Assembly (NCBI RefSeq): GCF_963921235.1
Contig: NC_086097.1
Location: 126,296,001 to 126,360,000 of the forward strand
DNA from: Mobula hypostoma
Lineage: Eukaryota
Direction of reading: 5' to 3'
Length of the DNA stretch: 64,000 bases
Shown: positions 26,401 through 41,400 of the stretch, piece after piece
How the letters are laid out: every line of letters starts with the position of its first letter
Numbering within the stretch: position 1 is the stretch's first letter
Program-made: the position numbers and the translations under genes
Notes under the pieces: generated by a model
Database searches by the model: none
What the model was told of the DNA's origin: nothing
The model's input: the letters and a program-made list of their open reading frames with translations, nothing else

Positions 26401-29400
26401 AGTTCTCCATGCCAAAGATGAAAACGACCATGCAGATTGTTATCAGCGAAAGATGCAAAAGCCAGCATCTGTGATGGTATGGGGGTGCATCAGTGCCCAC
26501 GGCATGGGTGAGTTGCATGTATGTGAAGGTACCATTGACTCTGAGGCGTATATTAGGATTTTAGAGAGACATATGTTGCCATCAAGGCGACGTCTCTTCC
26601 CGGGACGACCATGCTTATTTCAGCAGGACAATGCCAGACCACATTCTGCGCGGGCTACAACAGCGTGGCTTTGTAGACACAGAGTGTGTGTGCTTGACTG
26701 GCCTGCTGCCAGTCCAGATCTATCTCCTATTGAAAATGTATGGCGCATCATGAAGAGGAGTATCAGACAACGGAGACCACAGACTGTTGAGCAGCTGAAG
26801 TCTTATATCAAGCAAGAATGGACAAAATTTCCAATTGCAAATCTACTACAATTAGTATCCTCAGTTCCAAAATGATTAAAAAGTGTTAAAAGGAAAGGTG
26901 ATGTAACTCAATGGTAAATTTGCCTCTGTCCCAACTTTTGTTGAGTATGTTGCAGCCATCAAATTCTAAATTTGTGTATGTTTACAACATACAATTAAGT
27001 TGGTCAGTAAAACCATTGAAAATCTTTTCTTTGTACTTTTGTCAGTTAAATAAAGGTTCACGTGAATTAACATATCACAGATTTTTGTTTTTATTGCATT
27101 TTGGAAAATATCCCAACTTTTCTGGAAATGGGGTTTGTATAATATTTATAGGCAACCTAGCTATATATATTTGCCTTAAGACTTTTACACAGTTCTCTAT
27201 TTGACAACATGGTGCATAGAGCGAGTTTGTAAACCTGGCGGGATCTTTTGGAATCAAAGAATGTTGGGAATGGCAAGGATTAAGCATTCCTTGTTAACTG
27301 CATTGTAGGTTATATGTACAAGTGCATAAACATCAAACACATCAAACGTGCCACATCAAACACGTGTGCCTTGCTTAAAGTAAAGTTGAACGTACACAAG
27401 TTATCCTTTGGCTCCTTAATTTTTTTCATTACCTTCATGTTTTGGAGTTACAAAACTTAACACCTTTGATGGGATACTGCACATGAGGCTGCTGAACAAA
27501 ATATGAGCCCATAGTATGACAGAAAGATACTAGCATGGGGAGAAGATATGCCAACTAGTGGAGTGGTATAACGGCAACAACCTTGCACTCGACATCCGAA
27601 AGACGAAGGAGCTGATTGTGGACTTCAGGAAGAGTAAGACAAAGGAACACATACCAAACCTCATAGAGGGATCTGAAGTGGAAAGAGTGAACAGTTTCAA
27701 GTTCTAGGGTGTCAAGATCTCTGAGGGCCTAACCTGGTCCCAACATATTGATGCACTTATAAAGAAGGCAAGAGAGCGACTATACTTCAATAGGAGTTTG
27801 AAGAGATTTGGTATGTAAACAAAAACACTCAAAAACTTCTATAGATTTACCATGGAGAGCATTCTGACAGGCTGCATCATTGTCTGGTATGGGGTGGTGG
27901 GGGGGGGGGCGGGGTTCTACCGCACAGAACCAAAAGAAGCTGCAGAGGATTGTAAATTTAGTCGGCTCCATCTCGGGTACTAGCCTACAAAGTACCTAGG
28001 ACATCTTCAAGGAGCGGTGTCTCAGAAAGGCAGCGTCCATTATTAAGAACCTCCAGCACCAAGGGCATGCCCTTTCTCACTGTTACCATCAGGTAGGAGG
28101 TACAGAAGCCTGAAGGCACACACTCAGCGATTCAGGAACAGCTTCTTCCCCTCTGCCATCTGATTCCTAAATAGATATTGAACCCGTGAACACTACCTCA
28201 CTTTTTTTAATATATATTCTGTTTATTTGCACAATTTTTAATCTATTCAATATACATAAAATTTATTTATTTATTTAATTATTGTTATTATTTTTCCTTC
28301 TTCTTCTATATTATATATTGCATTGAACTGCTGCTGCTAAATTAACAAATTTCATGATACATGTCGGTGATAATAAACCTGATTCTGAGATTGGCTGATT
28401 GGCAGGGGGCAAAGAGTGGGAACAAGTGGTGGCCTTTTCTGGTTGGCTGGCGGTGACTAGTGGTGTTCTGCAGGGTTGATGTTGGAACTGCTTCTTTTCA
28501 CCTTATATATCAGTGATTTGGATGACAGAATTAATGGCTTTGTGGCCAAGTTTGTGGGTGATATGAAGATAGGTGAGGGAGCAGGTAGTTTTGAGGAAAC
28601 AGAGTCTGCAAAAGCAAAAGGACTTAGGAGAATAGACAAAAATGTGGTAGGTCGAATGCAGTGTAGGGAAGTGTATGGTTATGCACTTTGGTAGAACGAA
28701 TAAAGGTGTACACTATTTTCTAAACAGTATGCAAATTCAGAAAGCAGAAGTGCAAAGGGACTTGAAAGTTCTCGTGCAGGATTCCCTAAAGGTTAACTTG
28801 CAGGCTGAATCAGTGGTAAGGAAGCCAAATGCAATCTTAGCATTCATTTCAAGAATACTAGAATATGAAAGCAACAATGTAATGCTGAGGCTTTATAAGG
28901 CATTGTTTAGAATGCACTTAGAGTATTGTGAGCAGTTTTGGGCCCCTTATACTGTATATGAAAGGCATTGGAGAGGGCCAGAGGAGTTTCTTGAGAATTA
29001 TGCTGGGAATGAAAGGGTTAGTGTATGAGGAACATCTGTTGGGTCTTGGCCTGTACTTGCTGGAGTTTAGAAGAATGAGAGGGAATCTCATTGAAACCTA
29101 AAGCATATTGAAATGCCTGGACGGAGTGGATGTGAAGCGGATGTGGAGCTGATGTTTCCCATAGTAGGGAAGTCTAGGACCATAGGACACAGCATCAGAA
29201 TGCAAAGTTGACCCTTTAGAACAGGGATGAGGAAGAATTTCTTTCGCCAAAGGGTGGTGAATCTGTGGAATTCATTGCCACATAATGGAAGAAAAGTCAT
29301 TGAGTATATTTAAAGTAGAGGTTGATAGTTTCTTGATTAGTAAGGGCATCAAAGGTTACAGCGATGTGAAGTTTATCTGGTGGCATCAGATTGTTATGAC

Positions 29401-32400
29401 TCTTACACTAAAGTCATTTTGTTTTGTATCGTTGCTTACATTTTATATTGCAAGTACAATATTTGAGCAGAACCTTGATGTTTAGACTTAATACTCTTCC
29501 CTTTCATTATGGGTCTACTACTACTACTACTACTATGTCAACTCAGGCCTAGGGGGCCGGCGTTGGGCAGAATGGGTCTGTTAATATCAGTCTTATGTAA
29601 AAGCAAGTATAAAGTGCAGAGACAATTTAAAAGGTATTAATGGGAAAATAAATAAGGATTAGGGAAGTAAAAATAGGACGATATCCATTAAATAGACTCT
29701 TCCTCTTAAACCCATCCTTACTTCAGCACAGGCTGCCATCGGATCCCTCTCCCAGGGATGGGGTCTTTAGAGCTTCTGTTGGCATTTCTGTAGCTCTAGC
29801 TTTTTACAGGATGCCCCATAGAGTAGTGCTAACAAGACTTAAGGTTCTGTTCAAGAGAAATATTGAATATAAGTTTAGTTAACGTGGGCAAACTGGAATG
29901 GCCATTGCAACATACAACAGTGCGCTGAAGCTAACAGAGGTTGTGAGGTAACTTTGTTTCCACAAATTTCCACAAAGTGGTAGAAATTATTCCAGTGCTG
30001 AGACATATTGCAAAATTTGACTTTTGACATTGCAGTGAATGAGTCCTCCATTTTTCCCATATTTCAAGAGACAACTCTCACCGAAGGCCTCCATAATGTT
30101 TCCCTGGCCCACGTGTGAAGAAAGAGTATTTTGGATGACACTGACAGCTTCAAATCCATACAACAGGAGTACAGAGCAGCTCAGCATAAATGGTGGAAGG
30201 AGTGCAGTGGTTCTTATGGTAGATCTGCTAGTACTACATTGTATTCGTCAGCCACCTCATATCTCAGAGACTTAGAATCCAGGCAATTCAATCTCAATCC
30301 AAAGGGATGGCTTAAAAACAAGAGAAAAGAGAGAGGAGGGGAGATGCGTTCTACCCATGTGTCATATAAATAATGATATATATTAGTTGGCTCAGTTGGC
30401 TCCAATGTATGTAGTCCTGGAGGAGGGACCTGGCTTGAAATGTTGGCTATCTATTCATTGCTGCTTGACCTGCTTTCCTCAGGCATTTTGTGTGTGTTCC
30501 AATGTATGTATGCTTAATTGGTTTCACCAAATTCAAGAAGTATCATGATCCATGGCTATAATAGATAAATCCAGTCATTTATTATCTATTATGTGATGGG
30601 GAGATCATAACTAATATCTGGATGACTGCCAAGGAAGTGGGTACTCTTGCAGATGATTTTATCCTTATGGATTTGAAATCTGAATATCAACTAAGTAAAA
30701 TTACAACTGGTTTATGTATTGACCACAATGAGGAGCTAAATGCACCTTAAGTGGTGATGTGGAACTAATGATATTTACACTTATTCATCCTATTGTGATC
30801 CATGCAGAATTTTTTAAAAATGTAAAAAGGATTAGATGAGAATAGCTCCTTAGTTTTCATGTTTTTGTTAATGCATTTGGTAATTTATTTTATCCATGAT
30901 CAATTCATCCAGCAAATGTGTAATTTGAAAGATAAAACTTGCAAGAAGAAAAGTTGAAACCAATGTTTAGCCATGTAGAAAAATCTCTTTTATTTGTTTT
31001 TATTCTGTATCTTTTTTAGGTTGCTCGCTATTGGCATGTCGATGTTGCCACCTTTTTAATAGAGCATGGAGCTGATGTAAACCATGCTGATATATATGGC
31101 CGAACTCCACTACATGTCGCTGCGTCTTTGAACTACACTACAATGATTGAACTGTTATTACAACATAATGGTAAGTAACTTCTGCATGTAAAATGCAGAT
31201 TTCATACCTAATTAATTGGATGTAAAGTGTTCTTGTTTTGCAATACTTTGTGAAGATAAAATGAATGTCATTGTGCTACTTTCTTTATAAATGTTAGTTG
31301 GAATACTGAATTGAATTGAATTGGCTTTATTATTTACATCCTTCACATACATGAGGAGTAAAAATCTTTACATTACATCTCAGTCTAAATGTACAATGTG
31401 CAATTTATAGTAATTTGTAATAAATAGTATGTACAACAGGACAGTCAGTATAACATAGAAATACAATTGTATCAGTGTGAATTAATAATAATAACTAAAA
31501 TTATAAGAATAAATTCAAGAGTAGGATTTCTAGATTCAAAAGAATACTGCGTACAAAAATGATCAACATACTCTGTGCAAAAGAGAATGTAACAGTATCC
31601 AGCTAATGTGTGATCATTAGCACTGAATCATGCAGGTTATGGTTATATACAGTAGATGCTTGCACAATACCTTCATCAGAATCAGAATCAGGTTTATTAT
31701 CATTGGCATGTTACGTGAAATTTGTTATCTTAGCAGCAGCAGTTCAATGCAATCCATAATCTAGCAGAGAGAGAAGAAAATAATAATAATAGTAAAAAAT
31801 AAAACATAAATAAACAAGTAAATCAAATATGTATATTGAATAGATTTTTTAAAAATGTGCAAAAACAGAAGTACTGTATATTAAAAAAAGTGAGGTAGTG
31901 TCCAGAGCTTCAATGTCCATTTAGGAATCTGATGGCAGAGGGGAAGAATCTGTTCCTGAGTCGCTGAGGCCTTCTGAATCACAGAAACTTGAGGCTTCTG
32001 TATCTCCTACCCGATAGTAATAGTGAGAAAAGGGCATTCCCTGGGTGCCGGAAATCCTTAATAATGGACGCTGCCTTTTTGAGACACCGCTCCCTAAAGA
32101 TGTCCTGGGTACTTTGTAGGCTAATGCCCAAGATGGAGCTGACTAGATTTACAACCTTCTGCAGGTTCTTTTGGTCCTGTGCAGTAGCCCCTCCGTAACG
32201 AACAGTGATGCAGCCTGTCAGAATGCTCTCCACGGTACAACTATAGAAGTTTTTGAGTGTATTTGTTGACATGCCAAATCTCTTCAAACTCCTAATAACT
32301 GTCTTGCCTTCTTTATGACTACATCAATATGTTGGGACCAGGTTAGATCCTCAGAGATCTTGACACCCAGGAACTTGAAGCTGCTCACTCTCTCCACTTC

Positions 32401-35400
32401 TGATCCCTCTATGAGGATTGGTATGTGTTCCTTCGTCTTACCCTTCCTGAAGTCCACAATCAGATCTTTCGTCTTACTGACGTTGAGTGCCAGGTTGTTG
32501 CTGCGGCACTACTCCACCATTTGGCATATCTCGCTCCTGTACGCCCTCTCGTCACCATCTGAGATTCTCCCAACAATGGTTGTATCGTCAGCAAATTTAT
32601 AGATGGTATTTGAGCTATGCCTAGTTGCACCATCATGTGTATGCAGAGAGTAGAGCAGTGGGCTAAACACGCACCCCTGAGGTGTGCCAGTATTGATCAT
32701 CAGCGAGGAGGATATGTTATCACCAATCCACACAGACTGTGGTTTTCTGGTTAGGAAGTCAAGGATCCAATTGCAGAAGGAGGTACAGAGGCCCAAGTTC
32801 TGCAACTTCTCATCAGGATTGTGGGAATGATGGTATTAAATGCTGAGCTATAGTCAATGAACAGCATTCTGACATAAGTGTTTGTGTTGTCTAGGTGGTC
32901 TAAAGCTGTGTGGCGAGCCATTGAGATTGTGTCTGCCGTTGCCCTATTGTGGCGATAGGCAAATTGCAATGGGTCCATGTCCTTGCTGAAGCAGGAGTTC
33001 AGTTTTGTCATAACCAACCTCTCAAAGCATTTCATCACTGTTGATGTGAGTGCTACCGGGCAATAGTCATTAAGGCAGCTCACATTATTCTTCTTAGGCA
33101 TTGATATAATTGTTGCCTTTTTGAAGCAAGTGGGAACTTCCGCCCGTAGGTTGAAAATGTCCTTGAGTACTCCTGCGAGTTGGCTGGCACAGGTTTTCAG
33201 AGACTTACCAGGTACTCCATCGGGACCTTCCGCCTTGCGTGGGTTCACTCTCTTTAAAGACTGTCTAACATCAGTCTCTGAGACAGAGATCACAGGGTCA
33301 TCAGGTGCAGCAGGGATCTTCACAGATGTAGTTGTGTTCTCCCTTTGAAAGCCTGCATAGAAGGTGTTGAGTTCATCTGGTAGTGAAGCACCGCAGCCAT
33401 TCATATTATTGGGTTTTGCTTTGTAGAAAGTAATGTCTTGCAGTCCCTGCCAGAGTTGCCGTGCATCTGATATCACCTCCAACCTAATTTGAAATTGTCT
33501 CTTCGCCCTTGAAATAGCCCTCCGCAAATCATACCTGGTTTTCTGGTACAGACCTGGGTTGCCAGACAAATGCCACAAATCTAGCCTTCAGCAGATGAGG
33601 TACCTTCTGGTTCAGCCACGGCTTTTGGTTTGGGAATGTGCAGAAAGTCTTTGTGGGCACACACTCATCCACACAGGTTTTATTAAAGCCGGTAACAACT
33701 GCAGCATACTCATCGAGATTCAAAGATGAATCCCTGAATAGAGTCCAGTCCACCAATTCAAAGCAGTCCTAAAGGCACTCTTGTGCTTCCCTTGTCCATA
33801 CTTTCTTCGTCCTCACTGCTGTTGTTGCAGTCTTCAGACTCTGTCTATACGCAGGGAGTAGAAGTGCAGCTAGGTAATCAGACTTCCCAAAGTGAGGGCG
33901 TGGAATAGCACGGTAGGCATTCTTGATGGTGGTGTAACAATGGTCTAGTGTGTTATTTCCTCTGGTATTGCAAGTGATCTGTTGATGGTAATTGCATAGT
34001 GATTTTTTTTCAGACTGGCCTTGTTAAAATCTCCCAAAACGATGGTGAAAGCATTAGGGTGCGCTGTTCTGTGCATGTTGATCCCATCTAAAGCCTGCTT
34101 GACATTGGCCTGAAGTGGAATGTAAACTGCTACCAGAATGACCCCAGAGAACTCCCGTGGTAGGTAAAAAGGACAACACTTTACTGCTAGATATTCCAGG
34201 TCTGGTGAGCACAATTGGGACAGCACTGATATATTTGTGCACCAAGAAGAGTTGATCATGAAGCATGCTCCTCTACCTCTGCTTTTGAGAGACTCTATAG
34301 ATCTATTCATTTTAAGGTAATTCAATTGGTGAACTTGAACTGAAGTGAGAGGATGATTGAAAACTTGGTTAATGAAAGACAGATTAAGACACTTCTTGGC
34401 AAACATTTTATACTGTATGTGGCATCCTTTTACAAACTAAGAATAGAGCACACTAAATACTGATGGTCTTGTAACCGAGTTTATTATCAAATGTGTGTCA
34501 TTGTGATTGAAAGCAGAGATTTATTTGAGTTTATTTGATTTCTCGAACTTCTGGTAATGACCCCCCTTCCCACCTCTCCTCCACCATTTCTCATCCCCTT
34601 TTCCCTCTCTCACCTTATCTCCTTGCCCACCCATTGCCTCCCTCTGGTGCTCCTCCCCCATTTTTCTTTCTTCCATGGACTTCTGTCTCTTTCACCAGTC
34701 CACTTTCCAGCTCTTTACTTCATCCCTCCCCCTTTGAGTTTCACCTATCACCTTGTGTTTTTCTCTCTCCCCCCAACCCCACCTTTTAAATCTCCTCCTC
34801 AGCTTTTCCTTCTCCAGTCCTGCTGAAGGGTTTTGGCTCAAAGTTGACTGTACTCTTTTCCATAGATGCTGAGTTCCTCCAGCATTTTGTGTGTTGCTCA
34901 GATTTCCAGCATCTGCAGATTTTCTCTTGTTCGTAGTTTATTTGAATCTGTCATTTCTACTTTGTTTATGGAGTTTGCAGCAACTTTCAGTCTGCTGCAT
35001 GCCTTATTATGAACCCCAGCAGAAACAGAATAATGAAGTTGTGACATAGGAATGAAATACATAGCCACTAGCAAAGCATGAATTAATGTACCAAGCAGGA
35101 TCTTCTTTCTATAATCAAATTGCTCTTTAGTTGTTGTCTTCAGATTTTGTTTTGCTTTTAATTAGCATAAAATTAAAATTATATTTGCATTTTAGTGTAT
35201 GTTATGATTACTTGAAGACCAATCTTTTTGTGCTATTTCTGTAGGTCATGAAATAACTCTTTAAGTGATTATGAAAGACATAGTGTGTCAGTTGCCCGCA
35301 GGTTTTAATTGCCAATCTTCTGCTATCAGTCGACTTGTTGCCATCTGACAACAAATTTCATGACATATGCCACTGATATTAAACCTGATTCTCACAGAAA

Positions 35401-38400
35401 TTGCTGGAGGAATTCAGCAGGCTTGACAGCATTTATGGAAAAGAGTAAACAGTTAATATTTTCGACTGATGAAGAATCTCAGCCCGAAATGTCAACTGTT
35501 TACTCTTTTCCATGGATATCACCTGGCCTGCTGAATTCTTTCAGCATTTTGTGTGCGTTGCTTGAATGTCCAGTATCTGCTGATTTTCTTGTCTCTGCTA
35601 AACCTGATTCTGCAGTTTGAGATAGACTTTCCAAAGGTCCTTTATTGGAAAGCCACATGATTTTTCAGGTTTTGAGGATGCCTGCTTCCATCTGTTTACT
35701 GCTTGCTCCACCCACTTGCTCCACCCACGTGTGATGATGCAGATGTTGGATTGCTATGTGACGGGAGTAAAGATAAACATAGGCATTGTACAAAATTTAG
35801 GAATTCAGATTTACCTCGACAAAAGCCCAAACTTAGTTGTGATTTGGTTTGGTATTTTTATACATTTACTTTAATTTGAGTTTTCAGAATTGGGGTGATG
35901 GAAGCATTTATCAATGACAGTACTGGAATAAAAGTTTTATGTTGCTGTTAAAAATATTGACAGTGAATGTGCATGAAGCAATACTATATATGTTTTCCTG
36001 CTTTAAATCATTGTATTCACTTCTCAAGACCATTGATGTGCTGTCACGGTGCGTGCTGGCAATGGTGGAATGGCAGACTCCCATGTAGGGATGGAAACAA
36101 GAGGTTATACATAGGAATTCTAACAGAATATCAATGGCATGACTGAGTAACACTGCGAGACAAATCATTCTAAACAGAAGGACCCCGCGATGAGCCCTAA
36201 TTGGGAGTCCACTCTAAATAATCACAGCATTCGGAAAACCCGTGCCAGTAACAATTGCCTTAATGAGATGAAACAGAAAGCATAAGAGCTTAATGACTCT
36301 TGTTAAGCCAACAATTAGTAAATGCAGGTTCTTGAGAAACGTAGAAGCCCAACACTCTATGGCACACCGCAGAGGACCACAGGGCTCATGACATGTGCTG
36401 ACTGCTGCGTGGCAGTTGCCTCCATTTTATTATAATCAGAGCATCAATTAAATTGGGGAAAGTGCAGCGAGTTGAAAGTTTTCTGGAAATACTGGAATTT
36501 GTTTTGGGCCTCCCCTTTTCAGTACCAGGAGGCTGGCAACTCACAACATGGATCTGGCTTGCAAAGGATAGGAATAAAGTCAGGAAGCATCTGATGTATC
36601 TTTTTTGTTGCAGGGCGCTGCTTCCACCTTGGAGAGGCCAAATAGTTCATTGAGGCCCATTCCCAACTACCTAATGATCATGTGCTGATCTGAGATCAGT
36701 CTGTTTCATTTTAAAATTGTATCTGCATGTTGATTTACTAGTGGATTCCATCAAACAGTAGTCCTTGTGCAACAGACATTTGATACCTGTTATGCTAAAT
36801 TGTTAGGATGTTGTGAAGGTGAAGTAGGAAGTAAGGTTGCTCTTAGAGATGCCCCTCTTCTGGAAGTATTTCTAGCTGTTTCCTAGTCTTTTTTTCCCTT
36901 TATTTGTTTGTTTTACATAAATGTGTACATTATTAGCTATGCTAGTATTTATTATCCTTGAAATTAGTGATAAGCCCCGTTCTTGAACCAACGCAGTCTT
37001 CGGGTAAGATATTCCCTCCTTGTTGGAAAGGGAGTTCTGGGACTTAAAGTGCCACACCATCCAGACTTGGAAGTATATTTCTGCTCTTTCATCATTATTG
37101 TGTGTCGAGGGAACTTGCAGGAGATCATGTTCCAACATTGGTTCCACTTGGAATGTATTTGCAAGGTGCTCTCAAGGTAGCCTAGGTAAATAACTGCAGT
37201 GCAGTTTCTGATGCACCCATCTGGACATTGCACTGATTAAAATATATCTGGATAGCTAATTGGATAACAAGGGCATAGAGGGATCTGTTCTTTGCTTCAA
37301 AGTATCTCAACACTGTGGACAGAGGCCTTGTTTTGATTAATCAGGAGGACGAAAAGGAAGGAAACAACAAATTGAAAGCCTTGCTGAATTTGACATCAGG
37401 GATCACCTAATCCCCCTGATATTCTATTGAAGACCTGACTCCACTAAATTAGGCAGCGAAACAGGCTGTGCCTGATTACACGAAGACTTCGGCATCAATC
37501 AGATGAGGAATGACAAGTGTTACGTACCCCGTAACGGGTTAAAGAACCAGCAGAAATGGAAAAACACCTGCAGTCTGGTATTGCTGTTAGCTAAAGCTAT
37601 TTTATTAGTAACTATGTAATACAGTAATATATAACCAGATAAATCAAACAAGTTAGCAAAATTCATGCATATATAAGTGTGGAAATATATAAAAGCCCAG
37701 CTTTTTCAAGCTTAGGAGGTAAATGGATACAGTCTTACGATGATGGGTAAATGAAGTCAGTTTAGTTCGTGTTATTGAGTTGAGTAGTGTTGGAGAGAGA
37801 GAGAGAGAGAGATGTGTGGTGGTTGTCCGAGTAAGCCGATGCCATCAATCCTCCGTTGTCCTCTGAAATCCCTTAAAAGTCACCAAATGTGACCACAAAA
37901 AGGAGACCGTCTTCTGTGGTAAAGTTATCAAACCAGGCAAGGGTTGGAAACACTGATAACTTCCCACTGGTCACACCTTTTCCACACTGCGAGAGCCACT
38001 GATCGATTCTCCTGATTGATCCTCTAAAACCCACCTTTCTGTGGGCACACAAAGCTCATGCAGTGTCCAAAACCATGTGTGTCTGTCTAACAACCAGCTG
38101 ACCTTGTATTTATCTAAGCATGCTGAACACCAGCCGTCCATCACATAATGCCGCCCTCGGTCACCATGGCGACCCAGGAGCTGCTTGTTGCTCTCTCTCT
38201 CTCTCTCTCTCCAAGTCTCTCTTTAAAGGTACGGTCCATAAGGGATAATTCAGGATATCATCACACAAGTGACATTTTCCCACATTTATTCCTACCAAGA
38301 TTGTTTAATTTAAGATTAAAGATTAGTTAATGTATTTTCCGGTACATAAGTGTAAAGGAGAACAAAATAATTGTTACTCTGGATCCAATGCAGTACAAAA

Positions 38401-41400
38401 AACACAGTAAGATAAAGAACACAATAATAAAAAATACAATAAATATAAATACATGAGATAACATAAATTATATATAGACCTCAGGAGAGGGAAACCAGGG
38501 GTCCGTGCACCAGTCCTGACTGGAGGATCAGAAGTGAAAGAGGGTTAGCAACTTTAAATTTCTAGATGTTACTATTTCAGAGGGCCTGTCCTGGGCCTGG
38601 CACATAAGTGCAATTATGAAGAAAGCACGGCAGTGCCTCCACTTGCTTAGGGGTTTGCAGAGATTCGGCATGACATCTAAAACTTTGACAAACTTCTTTA
38701 TGTATAGTGGAGAACACATACAGGTATATTGGCTGTATCACAGGCTGGTATGGAAACACCAATGCCCTTGAATAGAAAATCCTACAAAAAGTAATGGAAA
38801 TGGGCCGGTCCATCACAGGTAATCCCTACCAATCATTGAGCATATCTGCATGAAACACTGTTGCAGGAAAGTAGCATCCATCACTAGAGTCCCTCACCAC
38901 CGAGGACATGCTCTCTTCTTGCTACTGCCATCAGAAAGAAAGTACGTGAGCCTCATGACTTGTACCACCAGGTTCAGGAACATTTACTTTGCCATCAGGC
39001 TGTTGAACAAAGAGAATAACTTCACTTGCCCCATCATTGAAATGTTTCCGCAACCAACGGACTCACTTTCAAGGACTCTTCATCTCATGTTCTCGTTGCT
39101 TATTTATTTATATTATTTTTCTTTGTATTTACGCAGTTTGTTGTCTTCTGCACTCTGGTTGAATGCTCTAGTTAGGGGGCCTTTCATTGGTTCTGTTATA
39201 GTTACTATTCTATAGATTTGTTGAGGATGCCCACAAGAAAATGAATCTCAGGGTTGTATATGGTGACATATACTGTATGCGATAATAAAATGTACTTTGA
39301 ATTTTGAACTTTGAACTTTAGGTTGATTGTATCTTCATAAAGTGACTCTAAGCACTGGAGTGTCTGTATATAAGGTGACTCCGACAGGAAATGATAAAGT
39401 AGTGTTGGTGGGTGTTATGGTGGAGTGGGTTTGTAGGTAGAACCATTGATCAGCCTTACTGCCTGGGGAAAGTAACTGTTTTTGAGTCTGGTGGTCCTAG
39501 TATGGATGCTACATAGCCTCTTTCCTGATGGCCAGATTTTACTCTGTTGCACTTTGTCTGCAGAGATCCTTACAAAGTTTTGGAGTGCTGTTCAGCTGTA
39601 GCTGAAGGTAGTAAGTATCTCACCTTTACAGGATGTACATTGTTCCCTTCAGCGGCAGCTATCTTCAGATAGTTCTACCCATGCACATAGTTGCACCCTG
39701 TGAATATATGCTGTTGTGAGAAGCAGTTTAGGTGCACCTGGCTACAGTAGTGGTAATTAATAGTGTTATTCCTGTACCACTCAGTTAGCCGCACCCACAT
39801 GGGAGGCATTCACATACTGTCCAAGCTGGGTTATCAATAAAGTTCAGTAGAGAATCCTGCATGCTGGCATCCCGGTGTGTTCTGCACGATCCCTCAATAA
39901 CAAACACAGTATGGTATCAGATGTGGTTAATTGTCAATGAATCGGTGCTACAGACCAAGTGAGATCCCTAACAAGAAAGAATTTACAGTAAGACTCTTCT
40001 TGTTTTCATATATCTATGAAAAATATTCAGAGACTTATCAACCTAAACTGCCTATGTTAGTTTGCTAACTGCATACACAACGAGGCAAGAGCTGAGAAAG
40101 GGCCAGAGTTGTCAGGCAACACCTTCAAGCTACATCCAGAAGTGAATACATAGTAGTAATCGGTGGGACACCAGCCTGTGAAAGTGCACAGAGACACAGA
40201 CACAGCAGAGAAGTCAGTCAAACTCCCAAGGAGAGTATAGAAGACTTTTGCAGTCCAAATAAATAAAATAATTAATAAACAAACAGAAAATGGTGCAAGT
40301 ACCTGCAGTACCTACATCTACATACTTTTGAGAGATAGCTCAGATGCTTTGAGAGACTTAGGGTTGCAAGCAAAATCATACAAGCTTCAGAAGAGTACTA
40401 ACTAACTGCAATGATAGACTGCATGGGCGATAAAGCAGAAGACATCATGGGTGGTTTGGACTGACAGATGCTCAGAAAAAGCAGTACAAAACCATGCAGA
40501 ACAAATTCAAAGAATATTTCACAGGAAAGTGAAATGTGATATTAGAGGGCAAAGTTCAACTCCATAAAACAAGAGCTAGAAGAAAGTGTAATTGACTTCA
40601 TCAGAGCATTGTATGTCTTTTCAGACAGCTATGCATATGGTAATCTGAGAAATCAGCTCATTGGGGTTGTTGTCAGGCTAGTAGACACCAAATTGTCAAG
40701 GCGATTTCAGTTGTAGACTAATCTCTCACTAGAGAAAGCTATTACTATGGTCAGGCAGAGTGAAAATGTTTGTTAGCAACAGGCAGAACTCAGGCACGAA
40801 ATCAATGCCGAGGTAAAGCTAGAAGCTATACAAAAATAAGAATACAAACAAGATGCAGTTAGAATGCCTACAGAAAGTGATGACAGTAGAGCTCAGCTCA
40901 AACAAAACAGATAAGTGAAATTTAAGAGCAGGTAAAATGTCCAGCTGCAGGAGATGCGACAAGTCTCGAGTCCAGGTCAAAGAGCTCTGTCCAGTAAAAG
41001 AAGTGAAATGCCACCAATGTAATAGAGTTGGCCATTATAAAACCCAGTGTCAATCAAAAACAGTTCTTCAGGTGCTCAAAGAAGGCCATGATTCTGATGA
41101 AGAGAGAACTTTCCTTGGGGCTCTAGATTCAAACAGACAAGGCTAGTGTTCAGTTGCAAAATGAGGCAGTGACCTTCAAAATAGACACTGGGGCAGATGT
41201 CACATTCATCCTTGAATGACTGTTCACAAAACTGTTGGAGACAACAGGAATTACGCTAAATCCAACGAAGAAAGTGCTCATGGGGCCAAGGAAACGTAAA
41301 CTCAGTGTGAAAGAAATGTTTACTACTTCTATCTGTAAAATTGAATTGAATTGATTTTATTTTTTACATCCTTCACATACATGAGGAGTAAAAATCTTAA

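Larger units (their letters stand above)
19110..29362 (+). mobile_element. CR1-clade LINE split by nested insertions (pieces ~19110-19205, ~27463-27550, ~28388-29362)
   Basis: Collinear, decayed RT motifs: [19 protein letters not shown], then FD..HMRLLNK, then WLIGR...TSGV.QG...RLYKAL..HLEYC. Confidence 0.8.

Noticed and set aside
35650..37510. Possible ancient coding or retroelement remnant next to the solo LTR
   Set aside because: I could not identify any convincing motif in any frame.
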